NCBI GenBank assembly: GCA_964016885.1
Contig: OZ024741.1
Location: 365,304,001-365,368,000, forward strand
DNA length: 64,000 bases
Reading direction: 5' to 3'
Source of the DNA: Eledone cirrhosa
Taxonomy: Eukaryota
Part shown: in pieces, positions 37,146-48,608 of the stretch
How the letters are laid out: each line of letters starts with the position of its first letter
Numbering within the stretch: the stretch's first letter is position 1
The notes under the pieces: generated by a model
Seen by the model: the letters and a program-made list of their open reading frames with translations, nothing else
Told to the model about the DNA's origin: nothing
Database searches by the model: none
Program-made: the position numbers and the translations under genes

Positions 37146-38666
37146 GAAGCCTGGTCTGCCGTTCCTGGCCCAGGTGCAGCTAGTGCAGCTGTTTCTGTTA
37201 CTGCAGTTTTTGTTGTCCGTGGCTTTGGTGTGGGTGCCACGGACGTTGTCTTCCTACTCTCTGTAGAAGGTCCCGACTTTTTCGCTGAATGCTCTGTGTC
37301 TGATGGCAGCGGTTTCGGTGTTGGAAGGAGGGGGACTTTAACCTTTGTTATTTTCTGTAAGCAGTGGGCCCTGAGGTGAGACTTCGATCCATTTTTGAAG
37401 CGTTTTGGGCGCCTTCCTTCCACAGATATGGGAAGTTGGGAGCCATTCCTGGTCGGTTTGGATGAGCATCTCCATTCCAATACCGGACCAGTCCTCTCTC
37501 CCCAACTTCTGTACCTGCAGAATGGTTGTTCTATCCTCGATTCCCGCAAGAACAGACACGACCAGCCAAGACACGGGTACATAGGGCGGGACTGGGTTAC
37601 CCTGATCATTGCAATTTTTTTTCCCGCAGTAAAACGGGACTAACGCTATGTCACCGCTCCGTAGGGTCCCCAGGGAGTGCAATTTGCTTCCTGGGTGGTA
37701 ACAAAAAGTACGTCCACAGTAGCATATTTCTTGCCACGGGTGATGTGGGTTTTCCGTGCCCACACAGTTCCCAAGGCCTTCTGGATTTGAGCCTCCGAGG
37801 CTCTCTCCACACGACGCGATTCGTGGCAATCGTGCGGTATGAGACTGTGCGTCGCTCTTGTTCCTCCAGGAAGTCGGTTGGTGGTTTCAAGGACACTGAA
37901 AATTCAGTTTTGGTTACCATGTGTCTTGCGACCGCCATCTCCTCCTCTGTGATCAGGACTGTTTCTATGTTGCAAGCCACCTTTGCAAAAGAGATGGTCC
38001 CTTTTTCAGTGGCATCATTTTTGCCGCTGCTACTACTGTTACTGGTCTTGTTGCTGGTGCTGTTGCTGTTACCACTGCTACAAATGATCTTGTTGGTATT
38101 GATGCTGTTATCACTGTAGCAGTTGGTTGTATCTTTGGTGCCGCCGTTCTTGTTGTTCTCGGTCCAATTTGTATTGTTGCTGTTTGTGTTGTCGCTATTT
38201 TCATGTTAGTGGTGTTTATATGGTTGTTGCATTTGTTATCATTTTTTCTGTTGTCTATGTTTTGGTTGTCGCTGTTACTTTTGTGGTTGGTATGGTCATT
38301 TTTTTCAAAATTAGTGTTCTCAGTTTTGTTGTCATTGCTGTCTTGTTCACGTTGTTTGTGGTGGTGTTTGTTGTATCAATTTCTGTGTTCTCCGTAACCC
38401 TCCTCTCAACTTTTACGTCTTTGTCACACGACAGCAGACATATCATGGGTGTGTGGCTCAGCCATGTTTTATTTTTTTCGCCAATTTTTAAATGTAAAAA
38501 GTTCAAATATTTGGGACAAAAGGCCCAAATATTATACTTTCCCCTTCACAGAGCAAAGTCCAAGGCTTAAATTCCTTATACAACAACAAACATTTAACAA
38601 TAAATAATTTATGACAGGTAAAAAAAGAGACTTAGGAGTATGAGCAAAAAGACATCCGATCAGACC
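33026..38666 (-). mobile_element. Tx1 copy 4, degenerate, 3' end deleted, chimeric A/B
   Basis: 5' end GGTCTGATCGGATGT after (ATT)n; ORF1 ATG at 38465; ORF2 ATG at 36263 (MAVLRIGIINVRDL); many frameshifts. Confidence 0.92.
36385..36566 (+). mobile_element. tRNA-derived SINE inserted in Tx1 copy 4 ORF1
   Basis: Same family as the 9562 SINE. TSD attatatatt at 36375-36384 and 36567-36576. Confidence 0.9.
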
Positions 38667-38693
38667 AATGATAATAATAATAATAATAATAAT

Positions 38694-39070
38694 GGTTTCA
38701 TTATTGGCCATAAGGGTTAACATGAAGAAAAACATTACAGACGGCACAGAACGGTACAGGACGATACAAAGTGTTTTTTAGCCGTGTAAAAAAGGTTATA
38801 ACAAAACAAAAAAAAAAAAAATAAATAAATAAAAAAAAACCCACAGAAACGTGTAAAAAAAAATTAAAAAATTCAAACAACAAAAATTTCCCAATAGGGG
38901 GAAACCTCCGAGCGTCACTCCTAATGAAAACAACACAAAAGACCAAGGCCTCCCTGACCACCGGGGCAAGCGCCCTCTCTCAGACCTCCCACTCCTCAGT
39001 CTACAGGCGCATATTCAGAGCGGGCCCGTTAATTCGGACCAGACTCGCCTCTTTCACACACCTTCTCAAC
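38694..39070 (-). mobile_element. Tx1 copy 5, 3'-terminal fragment
   Basis: ORF2 C-terminal codons plus 3'UTR; ends CCTTATGGCCAATAATGAAACC|ATT. The 5' side runs into (TG)n. Confidence 0.85.
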
Positions 39071-39409
39071 ATGTGTGTGTGTGTGTGTGTGTTTGTGAGT
39101 GTGTGTGTGTGTACGTGTATGTGTGTGTGCGTGTGCGTGCATGTGAGTGTGTGTTAACTATTTCCGTAGAAAATGTAAAGGAAAAAAGAGTGCTCTATTT
39201 ATTGTAGAGAGCTATTCAATTACATAATAAACAACTCAATATAATTATTTCGTTACCGGAAGTTTCAAGAAACTAGATGATTTTTTTGAAGGAACATCTA
39301 GCACGTTCGTCAGACGAAACAAAATGTTGCTTGAAACCTTCGGTAATGAAATAATTATATAGTGTTGTTTATGTATGTATGTATGTATATATATATATAT
39401 ATATACACA

Positions 39410-39725
39410 CGTATACGACTTTATTTACTTTATTTATTTCCAAGGGAAGAAAATGGCGTTGGGGAACAATTTGTGCAGACCGGAATAACCTAAATTTCTA
39501 CGCTTGCATGGTTTTGGAGAGTTCGTTAGCCCCATCAGTCGCTATCAGGTATGGATATGAATTAATACCGCATATCACGCCAGACTGTCTGATAGCTGTT
39601 GATGGATCTAAAGAACTCTCCCGTATCATGCAAGCGTATAAATTTAGATGATTCTGGTCTGCCCAAATTGTCCCTCTAACGTCATTACTTCCCTTGGGAA
39701 TAAATAAAGTAAATAAAGTATACGT
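39410..39725. repeat. ~315-bp foldback/MITE-like palindrome
   Basis: Imperfect arms at ~39418-39560 and ~39570-39720, e.g. actttatttactttatttattt / aataaataaagtaaataaagt. Confidence 0.85.
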
Positions 39726-39986
39726 TTTCGATAAGCCTCGAATAGATGCTGACTGAGAGTTCACATCTCTCCAGTTTCAAGGCCTTTTCAAACAGTATTT
39801 TGTCGTTTCATTACAAATTACCCAACGCTAACATTAATATACGTAAATCAGTTGCTCATCTTTCCTTTATTTCTTTTGTGAAAGTGGTTTGAATCTATTG
39901 AGCAGAAATGGAATTTTAGATTAGGTTAACTAGAAACTAGTTGTGGGTCTACAACAGTAATGGCTGTATATAGATGCAAAACTATT

Positions 39987-40272
<286 letters not shown>

Positions 40273-41499
40273 ATATATATATATATATATATATATAACA
40301 GAAGCAAGATGAGTCAGTGTATTACAGGCGGTCTAAAAAAACGAGTATTAACGTTTCGAAAAAGGTCTATTATCAAAATAGGAATTTTTAAAAAAAAGGT
40401 AGAGGAAAAGTTATACGTGCAATTATTGAAAGACCATGTTTGGTAATGACAAAAGTATGAAGTTTTGTATGGTTTCCAGAAGCGTGAAGTTAGAATGGAG
40501 GTTCAGCAACTGTCAATCACGGGCGAAAATGTATAGGTGGTTGTTGGGATAATGACGATAAGTGACACGCAGATTTAGGTTAGACTGCGCAGATAATTTG
40601 CGACTGTTTATAGAACCAAAAGCGTTTTAAGACCATTTCTCTGCTAGAGCAGCGTTACGCTTTGCACATTCCATAATAGAATTCATGTTATAAAACGTAT
40701 TTTACATATGAATGCCTTACACATTTAGTCACCTCTTATGACATGCAGTGTTGCAGTGTACCTAAACAGAATACACATAGACGACTACTAATACAGCATT
40801 TCTCAATAACAAATCACCGATTTGATAGTTTTTGCCTTAGTCGATAGCAAGAGTTTATATTTAGCATAAATCTAAAATTAGTAATGCATTCTATTCTCGT
40901 CACTAACAGTAAATATCGAATCAAGGTATAACATCGGGCTACATATATAGCTTTTCACTTTGTATTTCAACATTTTAGTTTCAGATATCATTAAGGATTT
41001 AACACCTTTACAGAACGACGTCGGTATTCATAACATTTTAACTGCAGGTCTCTAAATGACAGTGGAAAGACAAGATTAATTTACAGTAACTGCCAATATT
41101 CATTTAACTATATTTCCCTGGAGTAGAACTTACTATACATGATAAATAAAACTGATATCTATCTAGTTTCTACAGTGTCTATTAATAAAGAAACAAAGAT
41201 AAGGAAGGTAGGAAGCTAAATTAGAAATACTGATTTCTGTTCCGTCAACTTGTCTGAATTGCTGAAGCAGCTATAATGAACTACATTAAATTGAGTGCTT
41301 TACGAATTCATGGTTTGCTTTTTCTGACATTATTGTTTAAAGTTTTCCTAATATGATCTTCGAATTTTAAAGTTTCAAACTGTTTATATACAGCTCTATA
41401 TATCAAACAAGGTCGTCATATATTTGATTGTGTTTTAATGCTTGATGTTGACCATAAAATATTGACACAGGACGACCGCTGCAAAATGCAGATGCACTC

Positions 41500-42803
41500 A
41501 AAGGTATAGGGTTAAATTCCATTTGATGGCACCGTCAGTAAATGCCTTCTACTATAGCCTTGGCTTGGCTTGGTTCTCTAGTCTTGTGACATTTGGTAGA
41601 AGTTTATAAACTGTTTCTGCCAAATATGTTTCACTCACATGGCATGGAGTTATCCCAAACCAAGGCAAGTGCCACTTGCCCAAGATGCCAGGCAGCACTG
41701 ATTTTCATTCAAGCAATGCAGCACTCGACATCATCAAACCTATTGAGTGCAAGTTGGGGATCACCTTCTGCTGAGTAAAGTAACACCATGTCATCTGCAA
41801 ATCCCAGCCGACTGATTTTACACCCGCCATTCGTGATACAACTTCCAACCCAGTTGCGCATGTCAATCATGTTCTTGTAAATAATTGTTTCTACTTTTGG
41901 CACCAGGCCAGCAATTATCCCAGTGCATTACTGGTACTTTATTTTATCGACCCCGTAAGGATGAAAGGCAAAGTTAACCTCGGCGGGATTTGAACTCAGA
42001 TCATAAATGCGCCCGACCCTCTACCGATATGCCAATCCACCGCCCTTCTTGTAAATAATGAGAACGGGAAATGTGAAATGTAACAGTACGCTGCTTTGGC
42101 GGAGTCAGACTCCCACATTGAATGTTTTTGATTTAGCACCATTTATCCAAACAAAAATGCTCAGGTCTTCGTATACAGACATCAAGACAGCGAGAAGTTG
42201 ACCATCGATCCTATACTCCTGCACAACCTTCCACATCTCCCGAGGAATGCGGCCATATGCCTTTTCGAAGTATACAAAACAAGAATATAACTCTTGGCAA
42301 TACTCCCACGATTTCTCGAAGACCTACCACAGTGTGAATATTTGCTTGGCTGTGCTGCGTCCGGGGTGAAACGCTCGCTGTTCATCTGCTAGCTTGGACT
42401 CGTCAATCTCCCTACGTCTCTTTGCCAGACATTTAACAAAGATTTTACTGGGGAGGTTTAAGGAGATCCTTCTGTAATTGGAACAATCTCTCTTGTCTCG
42501 TTTTTTGAAAAGTGGGAATTTCACTCCCAATTGCCATTGCTTAGGTGCCTTTCCAGAGATCCAGGCCACTCGGCACACATGAATTAGCCAGAGAATACCT
42601 TCTGATCTAGACGAGGTGCATCTGGGAGCGGTGACTACTCTCTCGGAGGTTGAAGTCACAAGAGCATTTAAAGAGCTCAAATTTGGCAAGGCAGCTGGGG
42701 AAGATGAAATACGTCCCACAATGTTAAAAGCCTTACATAAAGACGGTATTCTCTGGCCGACTCGTATATGTAGGGTGGCCTAGATCTCTGGAAAGATGCC
42801 TAA
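41500..42803 (-). mobile_element. Degenerate RTE-clade LINE RT fragment with an inverted 5' segment (42606-42803 on +)
   Basis: Minus strand: EGILWL..CRVAW..PLFKK.DKRDCSNYR, EQRAFHPGRST, LGFADD. Plus strand: LKFGKAAGEDEIRPTMLKAL. Confidence 0.8.
41886..42045 (-). mobile_element. tRNA-derived SINE inserted in the RTE fragment, 14-bp TSD
   Basis: TSD ttcttgtaaataat at 41872-41885 and 42046-42059 (ATTATTTACAAGAA on the SINE strand). Confidence 0.92.
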
Positions 42804-43629
42804 AAAAAGAAGAGGATAAGAAACAAAGGAAAAAACGAGAAAGCTCTAAGCACAACATATGAAGTAAATTTAAAGCAAATGAAGAAAGAAATAGCAGATA
42901 GGTATGTTTGGACGGAAGTGTGACCGATCGATTAAGAAGTAGCGAATATAACTAAAAATACCTGGGTTAAAACCTGCCGTGGGGAATCTCATGGAACACT
43001 CATCATGACCTTGGATCGACTCAAACCTTATGAATGAAATTGGGCCGAAAAAACCTTTTTTTTTTAAACTATCGGATGTACTTCCAAGTGCCAACCTTGA
43101 CACATGTCGTGTCCTGCTGATTCGGGTTGGGAATGCGTTTAAGGCACACATATCTATCGAATACTCAATCAATGACACGATGATTCACGAGTAGGACGGA
43201 ACGTTGATCGAGCAAATGAATGTCCATCTTCATAAAAAAATGTATCTTTACTCTGGGTTTTAGGCTGCTATTTCTAATAGGTTGAGCAACCATATATAAG
43301 CAGATTAGTCAATCTATAGTTTTACTCTAGCACTAGAATGTACACTTTCATCCATTCACTGGCCCTGAAATCCTGATATAACATTTATCTGACGGTTTGA
43401 ACACAAGAGAAAGTATAACAGAAGAAGAATAGATTGCAGCACAGGACAGGACGAGTAGTTTATTTATTCACCTCTAAACAATGGAAAATAAAGTTGACAT
43501 CAACGGAATTTGAACTAACGGAACTGGTCCGAATACCATAAATTATTCTATCCGACAATCGTCCTATCAATTCATGGCCGAAAATGCTTACTTACGGTTA
43601 AGTAAATTAATATTCAGTATCATTTGAAT

Positions 43630-43673
<44 letters not shown>

Positions 43674-44851
43674 AATTATACTACATTTTAAACAAGTTCA
43701 GACTTTTATATGGATGAATATATCGCAGTGTGAAATTCCACTTCCAGCAGTCTAGATGTATTAAAAGCCAGAGTTTTCATTATCCCCAAATTGTAGAATG
43801 ACCAACTCGGTCTGCTAAAATCCTAAAATGGTTGCTAGGCAATAATGAATCTTTGAATAATTAACTTACTTATTCAGAATGTGACCATTAGCACCGACAA
43901 CAAAATATTCAGTGGTATTCGCCGCAGTTATTTCGATCATTGAACGACAATACGGTAAAATGTCATTGCCTCAACTAAAATAGTCTGAATAGCTCATATA
44001 AACATTTAACTTTATATCATATCTGATGTATTGCTATAGATACAGACAACATTTAAGTGCAAAGTGAGTAAATCTTCCCAGTGGAATAGATTGAAAATTG
44101 TGAAAACTTCACTCATTGTTAGAGCAAATGATATTGGCTGAAAGTTGGTCGTGAAAAATTGTTTAATTTTCCGTATTGAATCTATACATTTCAAATACAT
44201 ACACACACTTTCACACACACACACTCGCACACACCGCACACACACACACACATATATATACACACACATGTAACAATAGAAGTCACTCTACTTCTATTGT
44301 TAAAGACGTTATAACGATATCATATACATGCATGTACACACATATATGTTAATAGCGATATGTAATATTATATACATGTATATAATATAGGTGGCGCCAA
44401 TATCTATATATCTATCAATATATCTATCAATATATTTATCTATTATCTTTTTGGTTGTGTAGGCACACTTGTGAAGTCGCCGATTGATATCATTGTGAGG
44501 CATCTTGGGCAATTGTTTTTACCATGAAGTTGATGCGATCTTAGCTTTATGTGTAACATTGGGCAGACAGATACTTTGGACGCCCGGCGTATTTTTGTCA
44601 TTTAAAGATCTAGGTTTGTCACATACTATGTAATGTTGTATCTGCCCGAGAATTACATTAAGTGTATACGTGTATGTGGAATACTTCATCACGTTATTAC
44701 ATGATTTGACGGTTTAGTTAATCAAATAACTGCTTTCAAGATTGGTATGATACTATATAGATGATAGAAGTTTTCTATTTTATATATTTTCTATAATTAA
44801 ATATTCTTTCAGATTTAATTCCTTAGTTACAATAGTTTATGACTCTGCCTA

Positions 44852-46130
44852 TTAATCCGTATGGTGAGCAAATGGGGTCCCACATGTTGGCCTCCCCACA
44901 GCCCCGGCGGACAGGATGGCGAAGGCGTTTCCCAGGAGGATGGTAAGGGAGATGCACTGAAAGAGCCATTCCAGCTCGCGAGGCTCACACCTACGCCTGG
45001 CCAGCTCGGCGCCTATGGTGGTGAATAGAGAGGTTGCCCTAGGGCCAAGGACACCAGAAGTCTCCACTGTCAAGGGCACGACGGCGAACCTGTCGGAGAG
45101 CGACCGGTACTTGCAGAGTTTCGCCTCCTCAGCCCGACGTGCAGCGGTACCTGGGTTAGTCTCAGACTGCCCCAGGTTGCGGCTGGAGAAAGTGGCATTC
45201 CAGACGAGGGGTTTGCCACCGCGGAACGGGAAGATAGTCGTACCGTCTGGTATTTTGCCATCTCCTCGTTCCAGCCCCACCGGCTCGAGCTAGGAGGGGA
45301 AGCCTGCAGCGTCCAAGCCATGATTAATGAGGTTAGCATGGCGTGGAAGGCCGCCGGCACTGTGGCGACGGGAAAGAGGGTGGAGGCCGAAAGAGTCCAC
45401 GGTGGATCAACAGCGACATTTATGTGGCTACAGATCCGGAGTCCAAGCCTCAAGGAAACGCCGATACGCAGGCTATCGTTATCCAACTGCGTTCCCGTGA
45501 AGAAGGAGGGCAGGGCATGAAGCCAGGTACCACTGTGAGGTTTGGAGGCCGCGCGAAAACAGGTAAGAAGGTGCAGGCCGAGCTGGCGCGTGATCCTGTC
45601 TGAGGCCAGGCTGCACTGGATGGCATCCCATATGCTTTGGGAGGATTTGACGCCAGCAGGTGGATAAGAAGGGACGTCTACTGGGCTAAGTCCCAGCCTG
45701 TCCCACGTCTCACAGGCGACTTCACGTTCCCTGAACACAGAGGAGTCTATTGTGTTTTGGAGAACCCTGCTGACGAGGACGCGGCATGAGGTTACCGATG
45801 AAATAAACGCCAGCAAAGCCAGCGAGATCGGGGACCGGAGGCCAATGCCGCCATATCTAACAGGTAAAGTGGCCTGTTGCCATCCAATGTGGTCAAACCT
45901 GACGTTGCATATCTCCTCAGCTGCATATCTCCTCGATACAAGTATCGAGGTCAGCGAGGAGAGATGCGTGGCTGCAACACCAAGCCTGCAAATGGTGTAG
46001 AGAAGCTTCGGCATGGCGAAGCAATTCCTCAAGTGGAAGAGATCTGGGTGGCCGTCGATCAAGCCCAGTCGGCTCGTGAGGGTCTGGAGTTGTTGGAGCC
46101 TAGACCTGATGGCGGAGCGGATGTTAACAT
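44852..46130 (-). mobile_element. 3' part of a CRE-like RLE non-LTR retrotransposon, frameshifted
   Basis: ATLPVRYGGIGLR, SGTWLHALP..LRLG, EPVGL.RGDGK.PDG, AE..K..KY, P.TVETSG..G, LFQCISLTILLGNA. Confidence 0.75.
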
Positions 46131-46664
46131 CAATATATTATAAAACCTTCTAGCCTAAAATCAATATATCCTTTGATATTTATAATTTTTTATACCTACA
46201 TTATATGCTTTCACTATATCATTCTCTTACATTACATATATTGCATGTACTCTACTGTAATTAATATATTGCTATAATATTCTTGTTACAAATTTTCATT
46301 ATAACGTTTCATTAAAATTTTTTTATCTGTTCAATTTGTATGCTCTTGCTCTATCATATATTGATATTAACACATATACTTAGACTTCTCACCTATAATA
46401 TATCCTGCTAAATGTTCTAGTGCATAGGAATATATTTGTTTTAACCTTTATATTCTCCAATGAAGCCAGACTTATATCTGGATGAAACAATCGTAAGCTA
46501 TTAAATCTTTTAAACACAATTTGATTGTTACTTATGTTGTATTTATGTTGTATTTCTACTCTGTATTATACGTGATAATTTACATTGTGTTACTCTCTTA
46601 CTGGTAATCGGGTAACATATAATATTACCCTTATCTTATATATATTCTTATATTTAAATATTAT

Positions 46665-46709
<45 letters not shown>

Positions 46710-47742
46710 TCTTACAGGCTTATGGAATCCCCAAGAAGATAGTGGACCTGATATCACTGCTCTACACCAACACCAAAGCCCAAGTCATTACACCTGATGG
46801 GATGACAGAGTTCTTTGAGATACTGGCTGGAGTGCTCCAAGGAAATACATTGGCTCCCTACCTTTTTATCATTGTAGTGGACTATTGTATGCGCCTTGCA
46901 CTGGAGAAATACCAGGACTCTGGCTTTACTGTAGCACCGGCTCAGAGCAGGATAGTTAGGGCGAAAAAGGTATCGGATGCTGAATTTGCCGACGACATAG
47001 TTTTGGTGACAAATACAGTGAAGGAAGCAGAGGATTTGATGCGGGAGGTTGAGACTGTGTCGATGAGTGTGGGGCTGGAGAATGAATGAGACTAAAACAA
47101 AATATCTGGTAGAGAATGTTGAGAAGCCAGAGGGGATCACTAATGTAGGCGGGAAGCCGCTAGAATTGGTTGAGGGCTTCCTGTATTTGGGAGCAAAGAT
47201 TGGGAATACGGAAGATGATGTGGTTGAGAGGAAGCGCAAGGCCTGGGCGGCGTGCCACAGCTTGAGATCGGTGTGGAAGTCGGACCTTCGTAGAGACCTG
47301 AAAATCCGCCTCTTTATTGCTGTAGTGGAGTCTGTGCTGCTGTATGGGTCTGAGACTTGGACACTGACCAAGAAACCCACTCAGATGGTGGATGGGTGCT
47401 ACACGAGAATGCTGAGGATGGCTCTGAACATTAATCAGTATACACTGAGGATGAAAAACTCAGAGCTGTATGGGAGCCTCCCAAGAGTCAGCTCAAAAGT
47501 GACACAGAGGAGACTGAGGTTAGCTGGACATGCTCACCGACATCCAGAGTTGACATTGCACTCAGTGCTCCTTTGGGAGCCCCTACATGGACACACTAGA
47601 AGAGGAAGACCAAGGTTAACGTATGGTGATGCCCTAAGGACAGACACTGGTCTGTTGGAGACGCAGGACACGGCAGCGATAATGAGGGACAGAGACCGCT
47701 GGAGAGAACTCGTCCATGGATCTCGGGAATTTTACCCGCCTT

Positions 47743-47744
<2 letters not shown>
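46710..47744 (+). mobile_element. 5'-truncated RTE-clade LINE (RT C-terminal half) within (TA)n
   Basis: GVLQGNTLAPYLF, EFADD, FLYLG, LLYGSETWTL, RRLRLAGH, RRGRPRLTY; one frameshift near 47080. Confidence 0.88.
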
Positions 47745-47804
<60 letters not shown>

Positions 47805-48534
47805 TAGGGTAAATATTGATGCAATTCAATTCAAGCACTCAACGTACTTTTTCCACATAGGAGTGACGGAGCAAATATCGAATAAGGAAAAGCGAAGTAG
47901 TTTCAGATGTTCAAGTCCTTTAATAATAATGCTGTGATATATATTTCAATGACGACACTGGCCACACTGTTCTGTGTGCGAGTGTCGTGTCATCATCCGA
48001 CAGCTTGTTACATAATAATGTTATGTTTCCGAGGCAATCCAAATTAATTGTTTAATTTATAATTTCTGATATTTGATTTAGGATTTTAATTTTTAATTTT
48101 TATTTCCAACTCTCACTCTTAACTTGCAATGTAAAACCATGATACCTAGAATTAAGTATATTTTCCCTTATGAGATGGTTAGTCGTACTATCAACGCTTA
48201 GTGAGAGGTAGTATTATGAACTGTAAAAACTAACACTCTCCCATCCCCTCTGGCCTTTGGCTGACTGCCACAGTCGTGATGGGTAGCAGTAAAATATAGT
48301 ACAGGCATGGGTGGGCCATTGTTTGGCTGAGCGGGTGAACTGACTAAGCGAATTTCGTCGAAATCTGCGGTGGCTAATGGTCAACTTCCTTCGGACATGC
48401 GCTTGCGCAGACCGGTGGGAGTGAATTGGTACTCACAAGGGAACGGATGAAAAACCCCAAAAGCACGCAATTCATCCGTTCCCATGTCGATTCAATTTGG
48501 ATTGCCTCGGAAACATAACATTATTATGTAACAA

Positions 48535-48608
48535 GCTGTCTGATGATGACACGACACTCGCACACAGAACAGTGTGGCCAGTGTCGTCATTGAAATATAT
48601 ATCTCAGC
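48535..48608 (+). ncRNA. Hammerhead ribozyme motif
   Basis: GCTGT-CTGATGA-long helix II-GAA-ATATATAT-C-TCAGC, with one helix I mismatch. Confidence 0.6.

Noticed and set aside
13956-38570. Long Val/Leu/Cys-rich plus-strand ORFs (e.g. 13956-14582, 20165-20806, 36744-37379) that look like membrane proteins
   Set aside because: They are antisense shadows of the A/C-rich Tx1 ORF1 and are not conserved as proteins between copies.
10272-38666. Tx1 array as a segmental tandem duplication or assembly artefact
   Set aside because: The copies belong to distinct subfamilies with private indels and different truncations, which fits independent insertions.
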